Of a DNA stretch of 64,000 nt, positions 12,586 to 27,209 are shown piece by piece. Made by a program: the position numbers and the translations under genes. Position 1 is the first letter of the stretch. Each line of letters starts with the position of its first letter. This DNA is from Octopus vulgaris (lineage: Eukaryota). The stretch is from NCBI GenBank assembly GCA_951406725.2, contig OX597839.1, positions 27,156,001 to 27,220,000 on the forward strand, read 5' to 3'. The notes below the pieces were generated by a model that saw only the letters and a program-made list of their open reading frames with translations, was not told the DNA's origin and ran no database searches.

Positions 12586-13079
12586 CACACACACACAAGC
12601 ATACGCACACACACGGGCTTATATCATACATGTTTTTAGATGCATGTATGTATATGTTCCTCTCCCGCGCAGACGCAAGCATGGTGGAGCGGTCTAAGAC
12701 GTCCGATTCGTAATCACTAGGTCCTAGGGTCGATCCCAGCGCGTGTTGGTCCCTTGAGGAAGTGTTTATTTATTATTATTTTTTTTGCTATTTTTCTTGA
12801 ATTGTTGCAATTCCTGTGATTGAACTGGAGACGAAGGAAACTATAGTGAAGCCTGTCGGTTGGGTTGTGTCTGTAATACAAAGTGTACAGTTTTGTCACA
12901 CATTGTCTCTCAACGTTGATTCTGCCTCAGAGTTAGAGGAAGGTTACGCATGTCTTCGGAATACTCGACCACATATATTAGAATTTTTATCAACATGTAG
13001 TTGTCGATTCGTCGGATAACTGAATGCTCGTCGTGAAAACCGATGCAGCTCCGTCACCAACGACACGACACCGTCGTTG

Positions 13080-13102
13080 TCACCAACATCACCACCACCA
13101 CC

Positions 13103-13136
<34 letters not shown>

Positions 13137-13193
13137 ACATCATCATTGTTATTGCCATCATCATCATCATCGTCGTCATCATCATCATCATCG

Positions 13194-13237
<44 letters not shown>

Positions 13238-13310
13238 GTCATCATCATCATCATCATCATCGTCATCATCATCATCATCATCATCGTCATCATCATCATC
13301 ATCATCATCG

Positions 13311-13347
<37 letters not shown>

Positions 13348-14096
13348 TATCATCGTCGTCATCATCATCATCATCACCATCGTCGTCGCCGTCGTCGTCC
13401 TCACCATCGTCGTCCTCATCATCATCATCATCGTAACCATGGTCACCACCATCCTAATGTCATGTCTCCTATTAAGCATGTTACACATATACACTTGCTG
13501 CCATGTTATATAGCAATTCTAAACACACCTGTCAGGTGTGTTTACTGACAGGTGTGTTTGTCGTGTGTGTGTGTGTGTTACACCTGACTTCATGTTAAAC
13601 ATCGTTAAGTGCCTATGCGTTAGTTTATATACACCTCGTGTTGTATTACATGTTAGCTGTGAGTGTATTTGAACGATGAGCATAGACGTTCCTTACGTGA
13701 CCACCCCCATCTCTTTGGATAGCCACACTACATTGTCTAATGTGTCTATTTAGAGGGTACCTCGTCTCTCTATATATACACCTGTTGCTGTGTATTTGTT
13801 AGACCTGTGACTGTTTACGTGCTACATACTGTATGTATGTATATAAGTATGTATGTGTGTGTGTGTATGTATGTATGTATGTATATATGTATGTATGTAT
13901 GTATATATGTATGTATGCATGTATGTATGTGTGTATGTATGTATGTATGTATGTGTGTATGTGTGTGTATGTATGTATGTGTGTATGTATGTATGTATGT
14001 GTGTGTAATGTATGTATGTGTGTATGTATGTATGTATGTATATATGTATGTATGTATGTATGTATGTGTATGTATGTGTGTATGTATGTATGTGTG

Positions 14097-14127
<31 letters not shown>

Positions 14128-14440
14128 ATAAGTATGTATGTATGTATCTATGTATGTATATATGTATGTATGTATGTATGTATGTACGTGTGTATATACG
14201 TGTGTATGTATTTATGTATGTATATGCGTATGTGTGTACGTCTGTGTATGTATGCATGTCTGTGTATATGTATGTATGTATTTACGTGTATATGTGTGTA
14301 CGTGTGTATGTATGTATGTATGTGTATGTATGTAAGAACGTATGTACATGTGTATGTATAAGTATGTATGTATGAAGATGTGCATATAATTATGTGTGTA
14401 CACACATACACACACACACACACACACACAAATACACACA
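13080..14440 (+). repeat. (CAT)n and (TATG)n microsatellite blocks
   Basis: Direct reading; similar blocks at ~31990-32665, ~34720-35265, ~37480-38160, ~42420-42905, ~54500-55025, ~57150-57530. Confidence 0.95.
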
Positions 14441-15498
14441 CACGTTATCGCTTGTTTTCATGTTGAGCTGCAATAAAAACAATATTACATTATACTAAAC
14501 GACTACTCAATACAGGCTGTGGAGTACATACTTATTGCACTTTTGCAAGACAGTGGGGTGACAGTGACTTCGAAGTGTATTGCCAGTTTGCATTCTCCTG
14601 GCTGAATATGTGTGTGTGTGTGTGTGTGTGTGTGTATAGCTAATATAATTTAATAGTTAGGATGTTGTACTAATGATTGCTAGATCTCAGGTTCAATTCT
14701 CGGATCAGGCAGTGTGTTGTGTTCTTGAGCAAAACACTTCATTTTGCATTCTTCAGTGTTGTGGTTCTCAACCATTTTCTTCCTATGGACCCTTTTGACC
14801 CCTGTTTTACACAGATGGACCCTTCTACCCATTCAATCTTACTATAGTTTTATAATTAAATATTATTAGAAGGCTGCAGGCTGGCAGACTCGTTAGCTGA
14901 AATGCTTAGCGGTATTTCACCTGTCTTTACATTCTGAGTTCAAATTCTGCCGAGGTCAACTTTGCCTTTCATCCTTTTAAGGTTGATAAATTCAGTACCA
15001 GTTGCATATTGGGGTCAATCTAATCAACTGGCCCCACCCTCTCCAAAATTTTCAGGCCTTGTGCCTAGAGTAAAAAAGAATAATTAAATATTACTAGGAA
15101 ATGTATAAAAGAATTGTTAAAATATTTTGCCGTGGCTGTGTGGTAAGTTTGCTCCCCAGCCACATGGTTCTGGGTTCAGTCCCACTGCATGGCACTTTGG
15201 GCAAGTGTCTGAATGTATGTATGTATGCATGTATGTATGTATGTATGTATGTATGAATGTATGCACTATGTCTTAAGGTGGTGCTCCAGCATGGCCACAG
15301 TCAAATGACTGTGAGCCTTGTGAGTGGATTTGGTTGACAGAAACTGAAAGAAGCCCATCATATATATATATATATATATATATTTACATTAGAGGAAAAG
15401 AACATCTTAACCCTAGGTTAACCTTACCCGAATTAAATTATTCTAAATGATTTGAGATACTCATCCTTCCCTGGTTTTTGTTGTCCTTTTTCCTCTAA

Positions 15499-15890
15499 TC
15501 TCTCTATATAAAACTGAAGTTGTCTGTTTATGGCAGGTTTGGTAGCCTACAACAAACACTATCTCCTCCGAGACCCTGCGGCGCAAGTTGACAAAAATTG
15601 AGAGTATGATAGAAGAAGGCTTGCTCTTCATTATATAGAAGCAAAAAATTCAAATCGGACCATGTTAAAACCAAAAATCATTTACATCAAACAGGTGCTT
15701 TTTTTCTATGAAAATCCCTATTTTTTACAATGTTTATGACTGCTGTGTCGCCATTTTTCGGTGTATTTCAACCAGAAAAATGTTCACTTAAAGAGAATAA
15801 CAAGCTACATAATGCAAAATTTTTACTTTTCAAAAATTCCAATTCTAAAGGGTCGAAACAAACCCGAGGAAAGTCGGGCGATACTGCTAG
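15499..15890 (+). mobile_element. Non-autonomous Helitron, related termini but different interior
   Basis: tctctctatataaaactgaagttgt start; aaacccgaggaaagtcgggcgatactgctag|t end. Confidence 0.8.
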
Positions 15891-16204
15891 TATAATATAT
15901 ACCTGCTAACACGGAAGCTTAATACGGATCCCTAGTTCCTGCCTCAGCTGTGAACTTGGAACCTAACGAATGACCAATTATAGCACTTACTCAGTGTACA
16001 ACACCAGCACCATCACCACCACCACCACCACCACCACCACCACCACCACCACCAACCAAAAGGGGCATCATTACCACCACCACAAATATCAGCAACATCA
16101 TCAATTTTACCCATACCACTGCTACTAACACCACTACAACCAATCCATACCACCGTTGCCAACAGCATCAACCCCAACCCCGACACCAAAGTTACCACTG
16201 TTGC

Positions 16205-16570
16205 CAACACAATAACAGCATCACTAACGCCACCACCAATACCACCACCACCACCACCAACACCTCCACCACCTCCACCACCAACACCATAACAGCATCA
16301 CTAACGCCACCACCAATACCATCACCACCACCACCACCAACACCACAGACAACAATAACAGCATCACTAACGCCACCCATACCATCACCACCACCACCAC
16401 CACCATCACCACAGACAACAATAACAGCATCACTAACGCCACCACCAATACCACCACCACCACCACCACCAACACCACAGACAACAATAACAGCATCACT
16501 AACGCCACCACCAATACCACCACCACCACCACCACCACCATCACCATCACCACAGACAACAACAACAACA
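16205..16570 (+). repeat. ~60-69 bp CCA-rich minisatellite
   Basis: ataacagcatcactaacgccacc recurs five times. Confidence 0.85.
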
Positions 16571-16880
16571 ACTACTCAAACAAGATTCTATATCCAGTCA
16601 CACTCACTGTGGCTGTATCTGTTTAATGCTACCTTAAGTTAATATAACAGTGATTCATGCGACAAAGCCAAGAAAGAGAAAGAGAGAGATAGAGAGAAAG
16701 AGAGAGAGAGAGAGAGGGAGAGAGAGAGAGAGAGTGAGTGCTGTGGTGATGTATTGATGTCAGTGATCAATAATGTTGATACAGCAGGTAATGACAGTCA
16801 GAAATGTTCAATAATCACAGCAGGTGATGACAGCAAACTGTTTGGATTACGGTTACACAATATTCAGCCTTTATGCATTT

Positions 16881-16917
<37 letters not shown>

Positions 16918-17093
16918 TGGACTGAAACACATGGACTGAAACACACACACACACGTGCGTGGACAGAAATACATAGACACATACACACACAGAAGCACAA
17001 ACTAGTAGAGACACAGAGACACAAAAGCACAGTCACATGCGCAAACTCACTTACACACACACACACACACATATTATTTTGTGTGTGTATGTG

Positions 17094-17166
<73 letters not shown>

Positions 17167-17504
17167 GTATATTTATACACACACATTATATATATATGAG
17201 TCTATGCATGTAGGTATCTATGTATCTATGTGTCTACCTGCCTATTTATCAATCTGTTTCTCTGTCTGTCTGTTTGTCTATATATTTATCTGTATATATC
17301 ATTTCTGGGTGTATTCTTTTATTCCTTTATTTGTTTCAGCCATTTGACTGGCCATGCTGGAGCACTACCTTTAGTCGAACAAATCTTTGTAAGCCTAATA
17401 CTTATTCGATCAGTCTCTTTTTCTGAACTGCTAAGTTATGGGGATATAAACACACCAACACCGGTTGTCAAGCGATGATAGAGTGGGACAAACACAGATA
17501 CACA

Positions 17505-17572
<68 letters not shown>

Positions 17573-18010
17573 ACGGACTTCTTTCAGTTTCTGTCTATCA
17601 AATCCACTCGCAAGGCTTTGGTTGGCCCGTGGCTATAGTGGATGACACTTGCCCAAGGTGCCATGCGGTAGGACTGAACCTGGAACCATGTGGTTGGGAA
17701 GCAAGCATCTTACCACACAGCCACACACCCTCTTTCTCTCTATATGTATGTATATATGTTTGTATGCATGTATATGCACTCACACAAACACACACACACA
17801 CATTCATACATCCATACAAGCATAAATACATATACCATAGTTCACTCATCAAATTCCTGATGGCCAAACTGCACAGAGATGATGAAATGAAAACAAAACG
17901 AGAGAGAGAAAGAGACAGACAAATAGCTAGATAGAAATTGAGATAAAGAGAAAGAGAGAGAAAACGACTCTCAGGCAGACAGATATAAATATATATGTGT
18001 GTGTATATAT

Positions 18011-18306
18011 ATCACGTGATCACGTGACCGACCAGACCATCAGATGTTGTTACACATCGCTGGTCACAATGCGTTCGCATTGTTTTAGCCTTCGAATGAC
18101 GCCACCCCGCTGGCTAAGCGAGCAGGCCAACAGAAGAAAGAGTGGGAGAAACAGTGGTGAAAGAGTACAGCAGGGATCACCACCCCCTGCCGGAGCCTTA
18201 GGTGTTTTCGCTCAATAAACAAACACAACGCCCGGTCTGGGAATTGAAACAGCGATCCTACGACCGCGAGTCCACTACTCTAACCACTGGGCCATTGCGC
18301 CTCCAC
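18011..18306 (-). mobile_element. SINE family C2 copy
   Basis: Reverse complement of 21404-21692. Confidence 0.85.
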
Positions 18307-19834
18307 GTGTATATATATATAGGTACAGGTGTGGCCTGTGTGGTAAGAAGCTTGATCTCCAACTACATAGTTCTGGGTTCAGTCCCACTGCGTAGCACCT
18401 TGGGCAAGTGTCTTCTACTATAGCCTTGAGCCAACCAAAGCCTTGCGAGTGGACTTGGTAGACGGAAACTGAAAAAAGCACATTGTGTGTGTGTGGAGGT
18501 GCAATGGCCTAGTGGTTACGGCAGCAGACTCACGGTTTCAATTCCCAGACTGGGCGTTATGAGTGTTTATTGAGCAAAAACACCTGAAGTTCCATGAGGC
18601 CCTGGCAGGGGATGGTGGTGATCCCTGCTGTACTCTTTCACCACAACTTTCTCTCACTCTTTCTTCCTGCTTCTGTTGTACTTGTGATTCCAAAGGGGCC
18701 AGCCTTGTCACACTCTGTGTCACGCTGAATATCTCCCGAGAACTACGTTAAGGGTACATGTGTCTGTGGAGTGCTCAGCCACTTACACGTTAATTTCACG
18801 AGCAGGCTGTTCCGTTGATCCGATCAACTGGAGCTCTAGTCATTGTAACTGACAGAGTGTTGTAACAAAAAAGAATATGTGTGTGTGTGTATGTATTTGT
18901 GTGTGTGTGTGTGTCTCTGTGTTTGTCATCCCCACCATCACTTGACAACCAGTATTAGTGAGTTTATGTCCCCTCAACCTAGCCTTTCAGCAAAAGACAC
19001 TGATAGAATAAATATTAGGCTTATAAAGAATAAGTCCTGGGGTTGAATAGTTTGACTAAAGGCAGTGCTCCAGCATGGCTGCAGTCAAATGTCTGAAACA
19101 AGTAAAAGAATAAAAGAATATATATATATTCTTTTAGTCAAACTAGTCAACCCCAGGACCTATATATATATATAAATTTAAATAATAAAGGTAAAAAATT
19201 GATATTAATTTGATTAATACCAATTTAAACCAGTGGCCTAGCATATTGAAAAAATCGGAAGATTCAGAAAATTATATTACATACATATATAAAAGAAATG
19301 ACCACTAGGTGGACCCCTAATATGCTAAATGTAGAACCCATATGGTCTGACCACTAAGAAAAAAATTGGTTTGAACATAAAAAAATTGGGGTATTTAATA
19401 TATATATAAGAAGCTTGCTTCCCAACCACATGGTCCTGGGTTCAGTCCCACTGCATGGCACCTTGGGCAAGTGTCTTCTGTTCTAGCCTCAGGCTGTTGA
19501 CCAAAGCCTGAAATTTTGAGGGAGGGAATGAGTCGATTACACTGACCCCAGACAGGCCTTGTGCCTTTGGTAGAAAGCATTGTTTGTTTACATCTGGCTT
19601 CTCAGATATGAAACATCCTGGCAATAACCAGTGCTGGCTCTAAAGTTAGACAACCTTGACATCCTGGCTTGTTTATATTTTGCAGTGGTTTTCTGGTAAT
19701 TACTACATAAACATAGATTTCTAAGGTTCTTATTTGTTGATAACGAGACACAATCAACAGATTGTTTTAATTAGCAAAAGAGATCTTAATTAAACTATAT
19801 TTGATAGTATTACTCTTTTGCTCTCACTCTCTTC

Positions 19835-20228
19835 ACTCTTTTACTAGTTTCAGTCATTTGACTGTGGCCATGCTGGAGCACCGCCTTTAGTCGAGCTCAT
19901 CGACTCCAGGACTTATTCTTTGTAAGCCTAGTACTTATTCTATCGGTCTCTTTCGCCAAACTGCTAAGTTAAAGGGACGTAAACACACCACTATTGGTTG
20001 TCAAGCAATGTTGGGGGGAACAAACATACACACAAACATATACACACACACATACATATATACGACAGGCTTCTTTCAGTTTCCGACTTCCAACTCCACT
20101 CACAAGGCTTTGGTCTTGGTCGGCCTGAGGCTATAGCAGAAGACACTTGCCCAAGGTGCCATGCAGTGGGACTGAACCCGGGACCATGTGGTTGGTAAGC
20201 AAGCTACTTACCACACAACCACTCCTAT
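19835..20228 (-). mobile_element. SINE family A copy
   Basis: Same consensus; opposite-orientation copy follows at ~20298-20640. Confidence 0.85.
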
Positions 20229-21403
20229 GCATATTGTATAAACTCCTATATAAACATGTATGTATATGTATACATATAAATATATGTATATGTATATGTG
20301 GCATCTTGGGCAAGTGTCTTCTACTATAGCCCTGGGCCGACCAATGCCTTGTGAGTGGATTTGGTAGACGGAAACTGAAAGAAGCCTGTCGTATATATGT
20401 ATATATATATATATAGTATGTGTGTGTGTGTTTGTGTGTCTGTGTTTGTCCCCCTAGCATTGCTTGACAACCGATGCTGGTGTGTTTACGTCCCCGTCAC
20501 TTAGCGGTTCGGCAAAAGAGACCGATAGAATAAGTACTGGGCTTACAAAGAATAAGTCCCGGGGTCGATTTGCTCGACTAAAGGCGGTGCTCCAGCATGG
20601 CCGCAGTCAAATGACTGAAACAAGTAAAAGAGCAAAGAGTATGTCATCATCCTGATGATCATCATTATTTAACATCCACTTTCCATGCTGCCATGGGTCG
20701 GATGGCTCGACAGGGAACCAGCAAGCTGCAGGGCTGTGTCAAGCTCCGATGTGACCTTTGGCATGGTTTCTAAGGCTGGATGCCCTTCCTAATGCTAACC
20801 ACTTTACAGAGTGTACTGGGGGCTTTTTACGTGGCACCAGCTCTTGTGGGGTTGTTATGTAACTTGCAAGACAGAAGAAAGGACCGAGAGAAAGAAAACA
20901 GCTCCCACTACTAAGGGGTCGGGGTGTGGGACTCAGGATCATCAGATTGTGGTTTCAATTCCTGGACTAGGTGATGTGTAGTGTTCTTGAGCAAGACACT
21001 TCATTTCACGTTGCTCGGGTCCACTCAGCTGGTAGAAGTGAGTAACCCTGCAACGGAGCGGTGTCCTGTCCAGGTGGGGAATAAATATGCACCATGGCAA
21101 CCAAGAAAGTGGCTCTTATGAGCCTGCGTGACTCGTAAAGGTAACTTTACCTGTACCACCTTTAGTAGTAATCGTTTTACTTGTTTCCTTCATTTGACTG
21201 TGGCCATGCTGGAGCACTGCCTTCATTCGAACAAATCGACTTATTCTTTGTAAGCCTGGTACTTATTCATTCGGTCTTTTTTTGCCGAACCACTTAGTTA
21301 TAGGGACGTAAACACACCAGCATCGGTTGTCAAGCGATGGTGGTGGGACAAACACAGACACAAACATATACACACACACACACACACATATATATGTATG
21401 TAT

Positions 21404-21692
21404 GCAATGGCCCAGTGGTTAGGGCAGCGGACTCGCGGTCGGAGGATCGCGGTTTCGATTCCCAGACCGGGCGTTGTGTGTGTTTATTGAGCGAAAACAC
21501 CTAAAAGCTCCACGAGACTCCGGCAGGGGATGGTAGTGATCCCTGCTGTACTCTTTCACCACTCTTTCTTCTGTTGGCCTGCTCGCTTAGCCAACGGGGT
21601 GGCGTCATTTGAAGGCTAAAACAATGCAAACGCATTGTGACCAGCGATGTGTAACAACATCTGATGGTCTGGTCGGTCACGGGATCACGTGA
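21404..21692 (+). mobile_element. SINE family C2 (C head, different RTE-like tail)
   Basis: Identical to C up to ctgtactctttcaccac, then a distinct tail ending ...ggtcggtcacgggatcacgtgat; nested in a family A copy. Confidence 0.85.
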
Positions 21693-21718
21693 TGTATGTA
21701 TGTATGTATGTATGTATG

Positions 21719-21771
<53 letters not shown>

Positions 21772-22310
21772 GTATGTATATATATACGACAGGCTTCTTT
21801 CAGTTTCTGTCTACTAAATCCACTCACAAGGCTTTGGTCAGCCCGAGGCTATAGTAGAAGACACTAACCATTCAACCATCCTGCCCCTGAGACGGTAGCC
21901 TTTGACCTATTAAATCAGAATTTATATTATTTACTCTCCTGAAGAAGCAATCAGTTCTTCGACCCTTTTGATGTCAATCCATTTGAGACCACCCCTACTT
22001 CTGTATTACAGACTTCCTATTTTAAAGGAATCTAAATTTAAATCTTCCATTAAAATTTCATTTTAATTTATGTTTCAAAACCATTTTAATAAAGTTATTT
22101 CATTAAATTCTTCATTATTTACAAAATTATGATTAATTTATTTACAAATTGGCTCTAACTAATTGGACCTCATTGTACTGTTTAAATGTTTGGAGATACA
22201 TGACATGTCTTATAAAGCTGCCAATTTAAAGTATCATAAAAGCATGAAACTATATTTTTCTACTCTAAGCACAAGGCCCGAGAAGCATGAAACTATTAAA
22301 AACTGTATCA

Positions 22311-22582
22311 TAGTGGTTCCCAACCAGGGTCCAAATGATCCTTAGGGGTCCACATAAGATTTTGTTGCTAAAATTTATGTCCCATAAAGTGTTTATATTC
22401 CTAAAATACACAAAATATTAAAAACATTTTGTTATACAATTTCTTATAATATTTGATTATAAAAATATAATAGGGTCTTTTTTAAAAGTATCAAATGGCT
22501 ATGAGGGTCCAGGGTCCATCCTAGTAAAATAGGGATCAAAGGGATCCCTAAATAAAAAACAAAAAATTGTTGAGAACCACTA
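22311..22582. mobile_element. hAT-like MITE
   Basis: TIR tagtggttcccaac / gttgagaaccacta; TSD not recognisable. Confidence 0.65.
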
Positions 22583-23477
22583 CAAGTGTAGTCCAAGATA
22601 TTTCTGAAATCGGCTGGAGTGTCATGACTGGAAATCCTTTGCTCAAAAGCTGCACTCAATTTGGGCTGACATCTGATTAAATACAACAAAATGGTTAAAA
22701 AGAATCATAACCATTTTATAATTACTTGATATAATTAATATATTAATTAACTATTATTAAAACCATTTTTGAATGAATTCATATAACTGTTTCTTAGTCA
22801 ATTAGAATTATAACCTTTTTGGTTAACTAGTATTATAACTTATTTAACTAGTATTATAACTATTTTGGTTAACTAGTATTATAAATTGGTTAATTAGTAC
22901 CTTATTATAACCATTTTATGATTACTGGACATAATAGCCATTTGTTAATTAACTAGTATTATAACTAGTATTATAATATTATTTTCTACTCTAGGCACAA
23001 GGCCCAACATTTTTGGGGTGGGGGCCAGTACTGGCAGGATTGTTAGTACGCTGGGTGAAATGCTTAGCGGTACTTCATCCGTCTTTACGTTCTGAGTTCA
23101 AATTCCACCGAGGTCGACTTTGCCTTTCATCCATTCAGAGTCGACTAAATACATACCAGTTACGCACTGGGGTTAATGTAATTGACTTCATTCCTTTGTC
23201 TGTTCTTGTTTGTCCCCTCTATGTTTAGGCCCTCCCCCCGTGGGCAATAAAGAAATTTATATAATGTATACTCTCTCTCTCTCTCTATCTCTTTCTCTCT
23301 CTCTCTTTCTCTCTCATAATTTGCATGTCAAAGCTCTTATGCAGTTATTGGCTACCATGTACCATCATTCAGCAGGATTGCTCCTTTTACTGGATATACA
23401 TGCTGAAATCTGTTAGTGGGTATCTGGAATTTGTATAAAAATTTACGAAAAAAAGAAGATAGATATAAGATATCGAC

Positions 23478-23639
23478 ACAGGAGTGGCTGTGTGGTAGGT
23501 AGCTTGCTTACCAACCACATGGTTCCGGGTTCAGTCCCACTGCATGGCACCTTGGGCAAGTGTTTTGTACTATAGCCTCGGGCCAACCGCAGCCTTGTGA
23601 GTGGATTTGGTAGATGGAAACTGAAAGAAGCCTGTTGTA

Positions 23640-23689
<50 letters not shown>

Positions 23690-23905
23690 TGTGTGTGTTC
23701 GTGTAGGTGTCTGTGTTTGTCCCCCTAGCATTGCTTGACAACCGATGCTGGTGTGTTTACATTCCCGTCACTTAGCGGTTCGGCAAAAGAGAACGATAGA
23801 ATAAGTACCAGGCTTACAAAGCATAAGTCCTGGGGTCGATTTGCTCGACTAAAAGCGGTGCTCCTGCATGGCCACAGTCACATAACTGTAAAGAGTAAAA
23901 GAGTA
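23478..23905 (+). mobile_element. SINE family A full copy
   Basis: Same consensus head and tail. Confidence 0.85.
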
Positions 23906-24717
23906 ATCTATATCATATTCTATACCAGCTGTTAGCTGGTGGACTAAATTCTACCGAGCACTGGGTACGTAACCTTTAGATCAACATTTTCTCTAGGAAA
24001 CCATAATTAACTCACTAAATTATATTGATTATACATAAGAGAATTTGGGGTAAGCTGGGGTCGGGTCGGGTCGGGTGGGATAGGTCAGGGTGGGATGGGG
24101 GTAGGTTGGAAGTGGGGTGGGTAGTGGGGTAGAACCTTCTTCGAGCTTTTAACCCTACTCATTAGGTTTAATTAATTACTGGGTGAATATATTTGCGTAT
24201 GTCTGCATGTGTACATATGTGCATGCATGTATCTGTATACATGCGTTTGTGTGTTTGTGTGTGTGTATGTGTGTGTTGTGTATATATAGATATATCTCTG
24301 TATGTACGTATATATATATGTGTGTGTGTATGTATGCATTTCTTATTCCCTCTTTCTCATTACATATACATATACATACATGCATATACACACACTCACA
24401 CACACTACACACACACATACACACATATATATGTACATATATATACATGTGTGTGTGTTCCTGTGTGCATGCATAAAAGTTCAAGTGTATATATATATAT
24501 ATATGGAAGTGCATATGTGTTTATGCACAACATTCACATACACACTTACACAAGTACATGCGCATACACACACACACACACACATACACACAGAGTCACA
24601 CTCTGAACCTCCCCACCTCCACCCTGACACCCACAATCACTTCAATGAAAAAGAACATCCACCTGTGCAGCTGATGTAAGCAAGCGAGTTGCTGTCAGGT
24701 GAGAAAAAATACAAACC

Positions 24718-24769
<52 letters not shown>

Positions 24770-24949
24770 ATATATATATGCACTTCCAACGAAGTGAAGA
24801 TACCTGCTCATTCACTCTCTCTCTCTCTCTGTTTCTCTCTCTCTCCCTCTTTCTCTCTCTCTCTCTTTGTTATGTGATGAATACAGGAAAAAAAGGTTAT
24901 TTATCTAATTAATTAGCAGCCACGCTTCTGACATTATAGGCCCTGTGTG

Positions 24950-24993
24950 TGATAATGATGATGATGATGATGGTGATGGTGATGATGATGGTG

Positions 24994-25025
<32 letters not shown>

Positions 25026-25201
25026 GATGATGATGATAATAATGATGATGGTGAAGGTGATGATAATGATGATGATGATGATGATGGTGAAGGTGATGAT
25101 AATGATGATGATGATGATGATGGTGAAGGTGATGATAATGATGATGATGATGATGATGGTGAAGGTGATGATAATGATGATGATGATGATGATGGTGAAG
25201 G

Positions 25202-25235
<34 letters not shown>

Positions 25236-25643
25236 GACAGCCAATGATGACAATGTGAATGATGCTGCTGCTGCTGCTGATGGTGTTGGTGTTGGTGATG
25301 ATGATGAGGATTATGATGATGACGATGAGGTGGAGGAGGATGGTATTGTTGTTGTTGTTGTTAGTGGTGGTGGTGGTAGTGGTGGTGGTGGTGGTGATGA
25401 TGAGGATTATGATGATGTGGTGGTAGTAATGATGATGCTGATGATGATGATGATGATGAGGTGGAGGAGGATGGTATTGTTGTTGTTGTTGTTGTTAGTG
25501 GTAGTGGTGGTGGTGGTGGTGGTGGTGGTGGTGGTGGTGATGATAATGAAATTTAACAATTTCACTCTCTTCCATTAGCTTCAAACACTATAATGGAACA
25601 GAAGTAACAAAGTAAAATAAAATAAAAAATAAAATCCCATTGC

Positions 25644-25740
<97 letters not shown>

Positions 25741-25770
25741 GTTATTATTATCATTATCATCATTATTGTT
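24950..25770 (+). repeat. (GAT)n/(GGT)n/(ATT)n compound microsatellite with 36-bp higher-order unit
   Basis: ggtgaaggt recurs every 36 bp from 25050. Confidence 0.9.
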
Positions 25771-26102
25771 ATTATTAATCCAAGTTTATAGTTTTCCCCT
25801 TCCCCACCTTACCCCACCTTCCTTCTCTCTTTCTTTCTTTCTTCCTTTCTTCCTTCCTCACCATGGCCAGCCATTTTAACATCGTCACTGTTCAACCCTG
25901 GTGTGTTATAGGGAAGTGAGAACCTCTCTTTTGTCTTCTATTGTCTTGGAGCTGAATTGGTTCCAATCATTCTTCATGTTTGTGTCAGCATGGAGGCTTT
26001 GTGGTCAGGAGAAAGCTTGCTTTTTCACCCATGTGATATTGGGTTCTCAGTCCCACTGCGTGCCACCTTCGGCAGGTGTTGTCTATTATAGACCCAGGCT
26101 GA

Positions 26103-26720
26103 AGGCAGAGAGCTGGCAGAAACATTAGCATGTTGGGCGAAGTGCTTCACGGTATTTCACCTGCTGCTACGTTCTGAGTTCAAATTCCGCCGAGGTCGAC
26201 TTTGCCTTTCATCCTTTCGGGGTCGATAAATTAAGTACCAGTTACGCCCTGGGGTCGATATAATCGACTTAATCCCTTTGCCTGTCCTTCTTTGTCCCCT
26301 CTGTGTTTAGCCCCTTGTGGGTAGTAAAGAAACAGATATTTCATCTGCCGTTACATTCTGAGTTCAAATTCCGCCGAGGTCGACTTTGCCTTTCATCCTT
26401 TCGGGGTCGATAAATTAAGTACCAGTTACACACTGGGGTCGATGTAATCGACTTAATCCGTTTGTCTGTCCTTGTTTGTCCCCTCTATGTTTAGCCCCTT
26501 GTGGGCAATAAAGAAATAAGAAACGTTAGCATGCCAGGTAATAATGCTTAGCGGTATTTCGTTTGTCTTTACGTTCTGAGTTCAAATTCCACTGAGGTCG
26601 ACTTTGACTTTCATTCTTCCAGGGGGTCAATAAATTAAGTACCAGTTGTATACTGGGGTCGATCTAATCAACTGGCCCCCTCTCCAAAACTTTCGGGCCT
26701 TGTGCCTAGAGTAGAAAAGA
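26103..26720 (+). mobile_element. SINE family B multimer (long-tail x2 plus short-tail copy)
   Basis: Repeated gagttcaaattcc..gaggtcgacttt core three times. Confidence 0.85.
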
Positions 26721-27209
26721 TTATAGACCCAGGCTGGCTGACCATTGCCTTGTGAGTGAATTTGCTAGATGGAAACTGCATGGAAGCCTTTTGTATATAC
26801 CATGATTAGCAAGGTTGTGAAGTCGGAGTCAGAGTCGGAAACAATTAAGGGGTAGCTGGAGTCGGGGTCGGTAAAACTATACTGACTCCAACTCCGACTC
26901 TTTAATATAAACAAGTTATAAGATATAGGCGTACTCAAAGTACAAATGTATCCAGGCTTTTACCCAGGCAGCCTGGGTTCGATTCCCAGCATAGAAACGC
27001 CTTCTTTCCCGTAACTTAGCAGTTTGGCAAAAGACACCGATAGAATAAGTACTAAGCTTACAAAGAATAAGTCCTGAGGTCGATTTGTTCGACTAAAGGC
27101 AGTGCTCCAGCATGGCTGCCGTCAAATGACTGAAACAAGTAAAATAATAAAAGAATAACATATTCTCATGAGATATGTAGACCACAATTACTTGATTTCA
27201 TAAAGACGA

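Noticed and set aside
13024-13548. Poly-His ORF (also 42293-43033)
   Set aside because: (CAT)n microsatellite that is stop-free in several frames.
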